64,000 nucleotides of DNA, from positions 17,918,001 through 17,982,000 of the forward strand of contig OX597820.1 in NCBI GenBank assembly GCA_951406725.2, read 5' to 3'. Both the position numbers and the translations under genes were made by a program. The notes beneath the pieces were generated by a model. That model had not been told where the DNA came from. It saw nothing but the letters and a program-made list of their open reading frames with translations, and did no database searches. Below are positions 13,548-24,729 of the stretch, piece by piece (positions within the stretch are counted from its first letter, which is position 1; each line of letters opens with the position of its first letter). Source of the DNA: Octopus vulgaris. Taxonomy: Eukaryota.

Positions 13548-13804
13548 TTGCAGCGTGGAAGGTGTTTGTAAGCCATTTAAGAAACACAAAAACCGTTAGA
13601 TTCACTTCAACATTTAAATTTAATTTGCCAAAATATTTTCCTCGCTTTGAGACCGCGACCTGTTCACTGACAAAAATATCGTGCTAACAGGTCGCGGTCT
13701 CAAAGCGACGAAAATATTTTGACAAATTAAATTTAAATGTTGAAGTGAATCTAACGGTTTTTGTGTGTTTCTTAAATGTCTTATAAACACCTTCAACGCT
13801 GCAA
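13548..13804. repeat. Long inverted repeat (~117-bp arms, 21-nt loop) containing a hammerhead-like motif
   Basis: 13548-13664 is the reverse complement of 13686-13804, with a few mismatches and a 2-nt indel. Confidence 0.92.
13624..13674 (-). ncRNA. Minimal hammerhead ribozyme-like motif, G3:C8 core variant
   Basis: UUUGUCA-GUGAACA-G-GUCGC(GGUCUCAAA)GCGA[G/C]-GAAA-AUAUUU-UGGCAAA. Confidence 0.55.
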
Positions 13805-13960
13805 CTGTTTTCGTTCCAGCACACGATCTCAGATCAAGTCACTTGCTATGCAAGTACATCTCTGTAACTATATATATATTTATATATATATGTATATTGG
13901 TAAAAACAGTAAGATAACAAAAGAAAGAAAGAGACCTCAATATTATGTAAATAGAGGAAA

Positions 13961-14355
13961 TCTTTATATATAAAAGTGAGGTTGTGTGTCTGTCTCCTAC
14001 GATTTAGATTCCTAGCTACTCCCACATTTTGCGGTGCAGTTTAACCAAAACCGGGTATCTTATAGTCGTGATTCATATCGAGACCATCTGGGTATTAGCG
14101 CGCGTCTACGATGAGTCTACGATTTAAAAAAAAATTTACCATCAATTTTTCCCATTTTTAATCCATTTTTGACATATATAAGGGAAGTAACTCTCTAAAA
14201 TTTATTATTAAATCTCAGAACGTAAAAAGCTACAGTAACACCCCTCCCCCTTTGTGGTTAGCCATATTGAGATGGCTATTATACTTTACATCTCTAAAAA
14301 TGCTTATATAATTATTTCCCTTACAAACCCGAGCAACGCCGGGCGATACTGCTAG
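13961..14355 (+). mobile_element. Non-autonomous Helitron
   Basis: A|TC start, 3' hairpin CCCGAGCAACGCCGGG then CTAG|T, no TSD. Confidence 0.85.
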
Positions 14356-14452
14356 TATATATATATTGGAAGAAATGAGGTACTCAGAAATTCGGATAGT
14401 TTTATATTTACAGATATTTATTTGTATATTACATGTTTTTATACATCATATA

Positions 14453-14760
14453 TAGTGGTGGACTGGCCAGGTTGCCAGCTTACCCAATGGCAAGTGGGCC
14501 CTTGTGCCATTAGAATCCATTTATGGTGGCCCATGTTAGTATCTAAGGGGCCCATACCTTCAAGTTTGAGAATTTTTTATTCACTCCTGGAAGAATGCAT
14601 TATTTCAGCCTGGCTATGTTTGTAGACAATGAAAGGAATACTTTTAACAAAAAAAAAAAATAAATGATGGCATTGTAGTTGCGGGTGGGCCCCCTTGTAG
14701 TTGTGGGGGAACCCCTTTAGTCTCCTGGCAACTAGTATTTTTAGACCCAGTTCGCCACTG
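14453..14760. mobile_element. hAT-like MITE (AGTGGCGGACTGG...CCAGTTCGCCACTG family)
   Basis: Terminal inverted repeats. A second copy at 15209-15743 is interrupted by a SINE flanked by an ATGTTAGTATCT duplication; a partial copy lies at about 12348-12418. Confidence 0.7.
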
Positions 14761-14769
14761 TATATATAT

Positions 14770-14933
14770 AGGTGCAGGAGTGGCTGTGTGGTAAGTAGTT
14801 TGCTAACCAACCACATGGTTCCGGGTTCAGTCCCACTGCGTGGCATCTTGGGTAAGTGTCTTCTACTATAGCCCCGGGCCGACCAATGCCTTGTAAGTGG
14901 ATTTGGTAGATGGAAACTGAAAGAAGCCTGTCG

Positions 14934-14964
<31 letters not shown>

Positions 14965-15156
14965 CTGTGTTTGTCCCCCTAGCGTTGCTTGACAACCGAT
15001 GCTGGTGTATTTACGTCCCCGTCACTTAGCGGTTCGGCAAAGAGACCGATAGAATAAGTACTGGGCTTACAAAGAATAATTCACGGGGTCGATTTGCTCA
15101 ACTAAAGGTGGTGCTCCAGCATGGCCGCAGTCAAATGGCTGAAACAAGTAAAAGAG

Positions 15157-15157
<1 letters not shown>
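14770..15157 (+). mobile_element. SINE family A
   Basis: Full colinear copy. Confidence 0.9.
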
Positions 15158-15213
<56 letters not shown>

Positions 15214-15870
15214 GCGGACTGGCTGGGTTGCCAGCTTGCCCGATGGCAAATGGGCCCCTGCAGCATTAGAATCCATATATGGGGGCCCATGTTAGTATCT
15301 TATTTCTTTATTGCCCACAAGGAGCTAAACATAGAGGGGACAAAACAAGGACAGACAAAGCAATTAGGTCGATTACATCGACCCCAGTGCGTAACTGGTG
15401 CTTAATTTATCGACCCCAAAAGGATGAAAGGCAAAGTCGATCTCGGCAGAATATGAACTCGGCAGATGAAATACCGCTAAGCATTTCGCCCGGTGTGCTA
15501 ATGTTTCTGCAAGCTGGCCGCCTTCTAGTATGTTAGTATCTAAGGGTCCCATCCCCTCAAGTTTGAGAATTTTTTATTCACTCCTGGAAGAATGCATTAA
15601 TTATTTCAGCCTGGCTGTGTTTGTAGACAGTTGAAGAGAATACGTTTAACCAAAAAAAGAGCAATTAAATTATAGCATTGTAGTTGCGAGTGGGCACCCT
15701 TAGTCTCCTGGCAACTAATATTTTTAGACCCAGTCTGCCACTGATGATAGTATGTGTGTGTGTATAAATGTATATATGTATGTGTGTGTGTGTGCATGTA
15801 TGTATGTATGTCATGATTAAAATTCTTCGCTTTAATATTTCTTATTCTCTTTTAATGTATTTTGCTCCAG

Positions 15871-16016
15871 CTTCTCCCTAACCCTCATTGATGCCTTGGA
15901 TATGTTGGCCATAATTGGCAATTATACAGAATTCCGAAGAGTGGCCAAACTGGTTCTCGACAGCGCAGATTTCGATACTGATATCAATGCATCAGTATTT
16001 GAGACCAACATTAGAG
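15871..16016 (+). CDS. EDEM2: EDEM2 exon 3
   Basis: ctccAG| ... |GTAAGT, 146 nt. [22 protein letters not shown]...[10 protein letters not shown] contains the GH47 FETNIR catalytic Glu motif. Confidence 0.96.
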
Positions 16017-16697
16017 GTAAGTTGGGAGTGCATCCTTTCTAGATTACATTAACGGTATTTTCTTAAACTAGGTGGTGAGCTGGCAGAAATGTTAGCACAC
16101 CGAGCAAAATACTTAGCAGTATTTCGTCTGCCGCTACGTTCTGAGTTCAAATTCCACCGAGGTCGACGTTGCCTGTCATCCTTTCGGGGTCGATTAAGTA
16201 CCAGTTACGCACTGGGGTCGATGTAATCGACTTAATCCGTGTGTCTGTCCTTGTTTGTCCTCTCTGTGTTTAGCCCCTTGTGGGTAGTAAAGAAATAGGT
16301 ATTTTCTTAAACTACTTTCTTTTGAATAATTATCTTTATGCATTCATATATGCAGTCACGGACCCTTGCTTACATACATGTAAAACATGTGTTTACTAAT
16401 CCAGCATCTCAAACACTTGTTTGGCTTTATTTTCTACCATTATTAGAACCACAAGTTCCATAGCTTTCTTTCTGGGACAAAGTATAACCAAACTTCAATT
16501 CTTGAAAAACAGTGACTGTACATAAAAATTAAGTAACACGATTTTGAACACAGTTGCTATGTGAAGGCTTCAAGCACAGCTACTATGTGAAGGCTTCAAG
16601 CACAACTGCTATCTGAATGCTTCAAGTACAAATGTTATATGAATGCTTTGAACACAACTGTTATGTGATTGTATCATGCACAAATATCATGCATGAA

Positions 16698-17300
16698 GGC
16701 GGTGAGCTGGCAGAATTGTTAGCATGCTAGACAAAATGCTTAGCAGTATTTCGTCTGCCGTTACGTTCTGTGTTCAAATTCCGCTGAGGTCGACTTTACC
16801 TTTCATCCTTTCGGGGCCGATTAAATAAGTACCAGTTATGCACTGGGGTCGATATAATCGACGTAATCCGTTTGTCTGTCCTTGTTTGTCCTCTCTGTGT
16901 TTAGTCCCTTGTGGGTAGTAAAGAAATAGGTATTTCATCTGCTGCTACGTTCTGAGTTCAAATTCCGCTGAGGTCAACTTTGCCTTTCATCCTTTCGGGG
17001 TCAATTAAATAAGTACCAGTTACGCACTGGGGTCGATATAATCGATGTAATCTGTTTGTCTGTCCTTGTTTTTCTTCTCTGTGTTTAACCCTTTGTGGGT
17101 AGTAAAGAAATAGGTATTTCATTTGTCTTTATCTTCTGAGTTCTAATTCCATCGAGGTCAACTATGCATTTCATCCTTTTGGGGTCGATTAAATAAGTAC
17201 CAGTTACGCACTGGGGTCGATATAATCGATGTAATCCGTTTGTCTGTCCTTGTTTTTCCACTCTGTGTTTAACCCCTTGTGGGCAATAAAGAAATAGGTA
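16698..17300 (+). mobile_element. tRNA-derived SINE family B, trimeric array
   Basis: GGCGGTGAGCTGGCAGAA head, GAGTTCAAATTCC B box, GCCTTTCATCCTTTCGGGGTCGAT domain, body repeated 3 times. Other copies at about 7342, 16071, 25778, 44035, 58944, 62561 (+) and 15296, 39630, 55150-55530 (-). Confidence 0.85.
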
Positions 17301-17517
17301 TCATGCACAATTTCTATAATAAAGGCTTCATGCACAACTGTTATAAGAAACCTTCAAGCACAACTGCTATCTGAAGGCTTTAAAAAGGACTGGTATCTGA
17401 AGGCTTCAAACACAATTAAATTTGCAATATTTGAATGTTTCATTGTTCAATACATAAAGTTTGTTTATATTTGGTTGTTATTAACATTATTGTTGTTTTA
17501 ATATTACTCTTATTTAG

Positions 17518-17643
17518 TTGTTGCTGGTTTACTTTCTTCACATTTGCTGTCTAAGAAGGCAGGAATGGAAACTGATCCAGGCTGGCCATGTTCTGGTCCC
17601 CTCTTGGATTTAGCTGAGAACATGGCTCGCAGACTTCTGCCAG
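17518..17643 (+). CDS. EDEM2: EDEM2 exon 4
   Basis: tttAG| ... |GTAATT, 126 nt. [42 protein letters not shown]. Confidence 0.95.
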
Positions 17644-19167
17644 GTAATTTATATGAAAAGAATCTACTTATTTCTATATTTTGTAATAGTTTTAGTAATT
17701 TCACTATTTGTCACTAGTACAGTTATATATTTGTGTGTATGTGTCGCCAACCCGACTGGCCTCGTGCCGGTGGCACGTAAAAAGCACCATCCGTTCGTGG
17801 CCGTTGCCAGCCTCGCCTGGCCCCCGTGCCGGTGGCACAAAGAAAGCACCATCCGATCGTGGCCGTTTGCCAGATTCGTCTGGCACCTGTGCCGGTGGCA
17901 CGTAAAAAGCACCCACTACACTCATGGAGTGGTTGGCGTTAGGAAGGGCATCCAGCTGTAGAAACACTGCCAAATCAGACTAGAGTCTGGTGCAGCCTTC
18001 TGGCTTCTCAGACTCCAGTTGAACCATCCAACCCATGCTAGCATGGAAAGCAGACATTAAACGACGATGATGATGATATATATACCTAGCCACATCATTC
18101 CTCAGTCCTGACCACAGACTACTAGTGTCCAACCTTTGGGCACCTGTGTGCTTCCACCTTTGGGCTGCGGAGCCACACACATTCCCACTGCTTACTGTTG
18201 AGACCACAAACTACGTCTTCATCGAAGATCGATGGACCAAGAAGAAGAAGATATATATGTATATAACTGTACTATTGATGCAGTTATCTCTAGCCAAGCC
18301 ATTCAAAACCATTGATGCAGGTATGGCTAAGTGGGTAAGAAGTTTGCTTCCCAACCATGTGGTTTCAAGTTCAGTCCTGCTGCATGCTGATTTGAGCAAG
18401 GGTCTTCTGATATAGCCTTTAGCTGACTAAAGCCTTGTAAGTGGATTTGGTAGGGAAGAACCTGATGCAAAAAATGATAGAAAGACCCGTGCTAAGAATA
18501 TCTTTGCAAGAGCATATCTGAGATGAGGCAATTTGAGAACAGAATTGAGTGTACAATGTGATTACAGAATAATAAAAGCACATGTTCCACTGGACCAGAC
18601 ATATCATAAGGTTCAGAGACAACAGGTGGACTTGTGCAGTTGTCGAGTGGCATCTAAGATTTCAGAAAAGACCGCTTAAAAGGCCTCCACAACAATGGAA
18701 AGATAATACAGTAATGCCTTGATATACAAGTTAATTTGTTCCCGGACATCACTTGTAAAGCAAAAACTCATAAAGCAGAGCAGTAATTTCTCATAATTGC
18801 TGAGACCCCCTTCGGTCATGACTGACCATCGGATTGCATCCTCCCAGGCACATGTCCGGGCAAGGTTGTTTATGAAAGACCAGCAGTCACCCATGCAAAC
18901 CGGCCTCCCCTATCCACGCCACCAATGTTATCCAAGGGAAAGGCAAAGGCCAATACAGCTTGGCACCAGTGACGTCACAACTCATTTCTACAGCTGGGTG
19001 AACTGGGGCAACGACGAATGCGATGACAACAACGATAATGATGATGAAGATGATGATGACGATAGGGACAATGATGATAATGATAAAGATAATGATGGCG
19101 AAGAGGATAATGATGAATATTAAATTTTCTGTGACAGTTAACAAGATTTTTTTATAGTAAATTCATA

Positions 19168-19558
19168 TACTCTTTTTACTCTTTTACTTGTTTCAGTCAG
19201 TTGACTGCAGCCATGCTGGAGCACCGCCTTTAGTCGAGCAACTCAACCCCGGGACTTATTCTTTGTAAGCCCAGCTCTTATTCTATCGGTCTCTTTTGCC
19301 GAACCGCTAAGTGACGGGGACATAAACACACCAGCACCAGTTATCAAGCAATGCTAGGGGGACAAACACAGACACACAAACATATATATATATACGACGG
19401 GCTTCTTTCAGTTTCCGTCTACCAAATCCACTCACAAGGCTTTGGTCGGCCCGAGGCTATAGTAGAAGACACTTGCCCACGGTGCCACACAGTGGGACTG
19501 AACCCGGAACCATGTGGTTGGTAAGCAAGCTACTTACCGCACAGCCACTCCTGCGCCT
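19168..19558 (-). mobile_element. SINE family A
   Basis: Full reverse-complement copy. Confidence 0.9.
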
Positions 19559-19728
19559 ATATATTTCAAAAATGTTTAATATAATTTCTTTTAAATTTTT
19601 TTTATAGTATTAGCATTTTATTTTACAAGTTTTAAAATTGTAAAATTCATTTTTACTTATATATATTTTCCATTCTACTACTTTCCATTTTATTTTGAAG
19701 TACAACATCTGTTTATGTTTTGCTCCAG

Positions 19729-19940
19729 CCTTCGATACTCCAACCGGAATGCCATATGGCACCATAAACTTACGACATGGTGTTCCAGCAGGAGAAACCA
19801 CTGTTACCTGTACTGCTGGAGTGGGAACATTCATTGTAGAATTTGGAACCCTCAGTAGACTTACTGGAGATCCAATCTTTGAGAATGCAGCAATGAGGGC
19901 CATGAAATCACTTTGGAATTTCCGGTCTGATATAGACTTG
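19729..19940 (+). CDS. EDEM2: EDEM2 exon 5
   Basis: ctccAG| ... |GTAAGT, 212 nt. [52 protein letters not shown]. Confidence 0.97.
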
Positions 19941-20143
19941 GTAAGTTGGTTAATTGCTTCTTTTCAAATCATATTTCCAATGAAATAATCTATCCATGTC
20001 TCATTTAATTTTTAAAATAATCTGGCATTCAGATGAATTTAGTAAAATAATTAAGGTACAGATGTGTAAGACTAGATTAACCAAGTATTAAGACTGGATT
20101 TAGATGGATTCTTTATGCCTTCGTATTTTGTTTTCCATTTCAG

Positions 20144-20285
20144 TTTGGTAACCATATTGATGTAAGAACTGGCAGATGGACAGCTCTTGACATGGGTATT
20201 GGTGCTGGTGTAGATTCCTATCTAGAATATCTTGTCAAGGGATCAATTATGTTCAACTCTCCAGAAATGTTGGCCATGTTTAATG
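20144..20285 (+). CDS. EDEM2: EDEM2 exon 6
   Basis: tttcAG| ... |GTAAAT, 142 nt. [33 protein letters not shown] has the GH47 DS-x-x-EY motif. Confidence 0.96.
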
Positions 20286-20519
20286 GTAAATTATCACTAT
20301 TTCTCATTTTCTTAAGATTTACTGAAGATTCTTTCATTTGAACCTTTCGCCATATCCAGCCCAAATATTCTACATGTTTTATGTTCAAACCAGCCAGATC
20401 CAGCCTCTCACACTTACCATACAATGTCATTCAAAAAAAAATAAACAGTTACATCATTGGAATTTCAATGCTACAAGATAATGCATGATTAAATTGAAAA
20501 CGATGTGAATAAATAAGTA

Positions 20520-21040
20520 CTATAAATCCTCAAGTATAATCCGCATTTTTTCCCCAAAATTTAAAGGTCAAAACCTCTTGTGCATACTATATACGAGGTT
20601 AAAAATGAAAAATATTTTCTAAGCAATGTCCGAGTCTCTATTTGCTGTCCAGCAATGTTTATTCAGATACATTTTGTGATGTTGGGTGCGAAAATACCTT
20701 AAGCTAAGCCTGAAAGCAATGAAGTCATAAAAGAATCATCCATAACTTGCAGTAAGCAACATTTATTAAAATAAAAGTATTCAGAACACAGAATAACATG
20801 TAACAAAAACAGTTTGCAAACATATTTACATTCCCATATAATAGTTAAGAACACCACCATTATTGTATTACGCATGTGCGGAAGTGTTTGTTCGACTAGG
20901 TGCTGCTGGCTTAATTACGCATGACTCAAGTTAGAGATGGGGTGCGTATTATACACAAGGTTTAGGTTTTCAGAAGTACAGCCCCCTAAAAATCCCCTGT
21001 GTATTATACTCAAGGGTGGACTATACTCGAGGATTTACGG
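20520..21040. mobile_element. pogo/Tc2-like MITE
   Basis: TA|C(T/C)ATAAATCCTC(A)AGTATA ... TATACTCGAGGATTTACGG|TA. Nested in a TTAA-ended element (about 20340-21080). A second copy lies at 37893. Confidence 0.85.
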
Positions 21041-21269
21041 TATTACATTCGACAGTGTAATCTGAATGCTAAAGGGTTAAGAAAGTGCTCCACATTTGTG
21101 AATATGAATGCAGATGATCCACTGCAGTGAAAAGCCTTTACAGGTTCAAATACCTCTCAAATATATTTGAACTGGTTTTAAGTTTATTTAATACCATTGT
21201 ATAGTTATGTGTGTATATTGTGTGTTTCCTGCTTAACTGTTCTCAATTTGTTCCATATTTACTTCCTAG

Positions 21270-21394
21270 AATGTAAAGTGGCCATTGAAAAATACCTGAA
21301 ACGTGATGATTGGTACATGTGGGGCAATATGAAGAAAGGCTCTATCACATTACCTGTGTTTACTTCTCTCGATTGCTATTGGCCCGGCATACAG
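21270..21394 (+). CDS. EDEM2: EDEM2 exon 7
   Basis: cctAG| ... cag|GTAACT, 125 nt. [42 protein letters not shown]. Confidence 0.95.
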
Positions 21395-21704
21395 GTAACT
21401 AGTTCTAATTTACCTTCTTTTCCATCACTTGTTGAAATATTCTTGCAAAAGTTTTCTCATATCTTTAGTCTTTTACTTGTTTCAATCATTGGACTATGGC
21501 CATGCTGGGGCACAAACTTCATTGGTTTTAATTGAACAAATCAAGCCCAGTTCTTATCTTTTTTGTTGTTTTTTTGGCAGATTGTTGTTGTTGTTTATAT
21601 ATATATATATGTATAATAAAGGGTAAAATTAATTAATTAATTAATAATTAATCATTTTACCAACTAGTTCGGTATGTTAAAAGAACCATTATCTGTAAAC
21701 TTAT

Positions 21705-21951
21705 ACAAAAATTCTATAATTATGAGTATAATTATAATTAAGGCTCAGCAAAATTTGCTTCACCACATACCGAAATTTAGAAATAGCAGTTAAAAACTAC
21801 TATTCTACTACTATAAGATATCTCTTGGACAGAGATATCTTATAGTAGTAGAATAGTAGTTTTTAACTGCTATTTCTAAATTTCGGTATGTGGTGAAGCA
21901 AATTTTGCTGAGCCTTAATTATAATTATACTCATAATTATAGAATTTTTGT
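21705..21951. repeat. Perfect 121-bp inverted repeat, 5-nt loop
   Basis: 21705-21825 is the reverse complement of 21831-21951. Confidence 0.93.
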
Positions 21952-21960
21952 GTGTATATA

Positions 21961-22476
21961 TCTCTCTGTATATATAAACGGCAGTTTGTCTGTCTGTGTG
22001 TCTGTCAGGTTGTACCCTCACCCTGACCACGGCTTTCAACTGATTCTGATGAAACTTGACACACACATAGCCCAATGTCATAATTCAAAACTAACGCAGT
22101 GAAAAGTTTGAAAAGTTCCCCCAGTTCTGAAAAAATTGATAAATTCGACATGGGGTCGAGAATCTAAGCTTTTTATTTGCAACACATTTTCTGTGGTAGT
22201 TTTCGCAACTTGCAATCGATTTTCACCAAACTCATGGTGAAGCTTAATGTTACCCTAAGAAACTTAATTCTGACGTTAGTTTTCCATGCAATACCTTACC
22301 ATCAGAAAAAATCGATAAAATCATGCCATTTTGGGAAATCGCGTTCAAATTCAAGATGACATATTTTCGACAATATCTTTCACAAATTGGCAGGAATTTT
22401 TTTAAAATTCACAGCGAGCATCATGTCTGCTCCAGGGGCTCTTACATACCCGGGCAATGCCGGGCTATGCTGCTAG
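21961..22476 (+). mobile_element. Non-autonomous Helitron (related family)
   Basis: TC start; CCCGGGCAATGCCGGG hairpin followed by CTAG|T. Confidence 0.75.
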
Positions 22477-22499
22477 TATATATATAAATTGGATTCATT

Positions 22500-22812
22500 C
22501 TCTCATCCTTGTCTCTTTTTCTATAAGTATTTCTATGGACATTCTTCAGCTGAGCCCTCTTCTCTGGTTCCTCCTTTAAGAACTTATCAGCAATCAACTA
22601 GACTTGCATCCAGTTCTCATCAGTATACTGTGCAACCTCCTAAGTGTCCTCTGAACTTTGGAATTCCCTTCCACACTCTTGTTCTTCCTCTTCAATATGG
22701 CCTCCAGTCTTTTAAGTCTAATGTACATCATCACCTATTGACTTCTGCCCAGCGTCCATTTTATTCTAGTAGCTCTTACGTTTTCAGTGGTCTAAGGACC
22801 TTGTAATGAGCG
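22500..22812 (+). mobile_element. Degenerate LINE 3' end
   Basis: LFFYKYFYGHSS.E.SSLVPPLR...TRLASSSHQYTV resembles Jockey/CR1-group RT C-termini. Confidence 0.55.
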
Positions 22813-23001
22813 AATGCTTTAAAAAAATTTTAAAAAGCACACACACATATACATATACATTATATATGTATGTGTGTATGTATGTCATTATCATTATTCA
22901 GTTTTATTTCAAGATTTCTTGGCAGTAAAGAAAATGCCAGTTTCTAACCTAGATCCGAGGCTCCTTCATTTGAATTTCAGCATCAGCAGGGTAGTTTTGT
23001 T

Positions 23002-23406
23002 TACTCTTTTACTTGTTTCAGTCACTTGACTGTGGCCATGCTGGAGCATCACCTTTAGTCAAGCAAATCGACCCCAGGACTTATTCTTTGTAAGCCTAGT
23101 ATTTATACTATCAGTCTCTTATGCTGAACCACTAAGTTACGGAGATGTCAACACAGCATCAGTTGTCAAGCGATGTTGAGGAGACAAACACTGACACACA
23201 AACACACACACACACACATATATATATACATATACATATATACGATGGGCTTCTTTCAGTTTCCGTCTACCAAATCCACTCACAAGGCTTTGGTCGGCCC
23301 AAGGCTATAGTAGAAGACACTTGCCCAAGATGCCGCGCAGTGGGACTGAACCCAGAACCATGTGGTTGGTAAGCAAGCTACTTACCACACAGCCACTCCT
23401 GTGCCT
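23002..23406 (-). mobile_element. SINE family A directly downstream of the 5S copy
   Basis: Full reverse-complement copy; the head begins about 10 nt after the 5S 3' end. Confidence 0.9.
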
Positions 23407-23416
23407 ATTTTTTAAG

Positions 23417-23535
23417 ACGCTTACAGCACCTAGGTTTCCCAAGCGGTCACCCATCAAAGTACTAACCAGGCTCAACTTTGCTTACTTTGGTGATTGGACG
23501 AGAACTGGTGTTTTCAAAGTGATATAGCCATTTAT
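23417..23535 (-). pseudogene. 5S rRNA pseudogene
   Basis: Reverse complement aligns to 5S along its length (GAAAACACCAGTTCTCGTCCAATCACC...GATGGGTGACCGCTTGGGAAACCTAGGTGCTGTAAGC), with CpG-type decay. Confidence 0.85.
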
Positions 23536-24096
23536 TTGTATGAATGTATGTATGTATGGATTCATGCATAATTGTATAGTTTTATGTATGTCTTCTCATG
23601 CATATAGATGCATATCTAGACATGCTATATACTTAAATGATAAACTTTTGGAAAGTTTTATAGATTTTTTACAGTTCCAGTGATGGATTGGATCTGTAGT
23701 CTTCGAACCGGCTTTCTCCTTTCTGGTTTTGAGATGCCTAATTTCTCAAGTTGTATGCATGTGCATCCGTCTATCTGTCCTTGTCTCAACATCACATGAT
23801 GGTTATAGACAAGCACCACCATCTTACAAGTGGCTTTTGTTTTCAATCTTCTGTAGAAAACATATAAACATGTAACATGTGTGGCTTTTAGAAATATTAC
23901 CTTGCTTAAAAACATGTGTACGTAGGTGAGAGGAAGGGCATTTGGACAGAGAAAATCTGCTTCAACAAATTCCATCCAACCCATGCAAACATGGAAAAGT
24001 GGATTTTTAAATGGTGACTAATGATACTTAATATTTCAGAACTGGTCATTAATGAATCTGATACTCATATATATTAACCAACTCAAAATATTTTTA

Positions 24097-24538
24097 TCTA
24101 TATATATAAAGCTGAAGTTGTCTGTGAGTGTGTGTGGCAGGTTTGGTAGCCTTCAACTAACACTATCTCCTCCGAGACCCTGCAGCGTAACTTGACCAAA
24201 ATTGAAAATATGATAGAAGAAGGCTTGCTCTTAATTCTGTAGAAGAAAAAATTCAATTCGGACCATGTTAAGACCAAAAGTTATTTACATCAAAAGGTGG
24301 TTTTTTTCTATGGAAATCCCTATTTTTTACGATTTTTTGACTGCTGTGTCGCCATTTTTTGGTGTATTTCAACCAGAAAAATGTTCACTTAAAGAGAATA
24401 ACAAGCTACATAATACCAAATTTTTACTTTTCAAAAAAGATTGAAACTATGTCAAAACTTTGTCAACGCAACATAAAAGTCTGCCATTTTAAGCACAACT
24501 AAAAAACAAACCCGAGCAACGCCGGGCTATACTGCTTG
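24097..24538 (+). mobile_element. Non-autonomous Helitron (family also at 49741-50126)
   Basis: TC start; CCCGAGCAACGCCGGG hairpin with CTTG/CTGG end. Two colinear copies. Confidence 0.75.
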
Positions 24539-24584
24539 TAAAGAATATATAACAAAATATTTTATTCATTATTTCTTTTTACAG

Positions 24585-24729
24585 AGTTTGCTTGGGGATA
24601 ATGACAGTGCTATGAAAACTATTCTGAACTTTCATCAAGTTTGGAAACAGTTTGGTTTTGTTCCTGAATTCTATAACATTCCAAAAGCCGACGCCCATGC
24701 CAATCGAGAAGGATATCCTTTGAGACCAG
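24585..24729 (+). CDS. EDEM2: EDEM2 exon 8
   Basis: ttacAG| ... |GTTAAT, 145 nt. SLLGDNDSAMKTILNFHQVWKQFGFVPEFYNIPKADAHANREGYPLRP(E). Confidence 0.96.

Noticed and set aside
18797-19123. 108-aa ORF with an acidic tail
   Set aside because: A SINE fragment plus a (GAT)n microsatellite inside EDEM2 intron 4.
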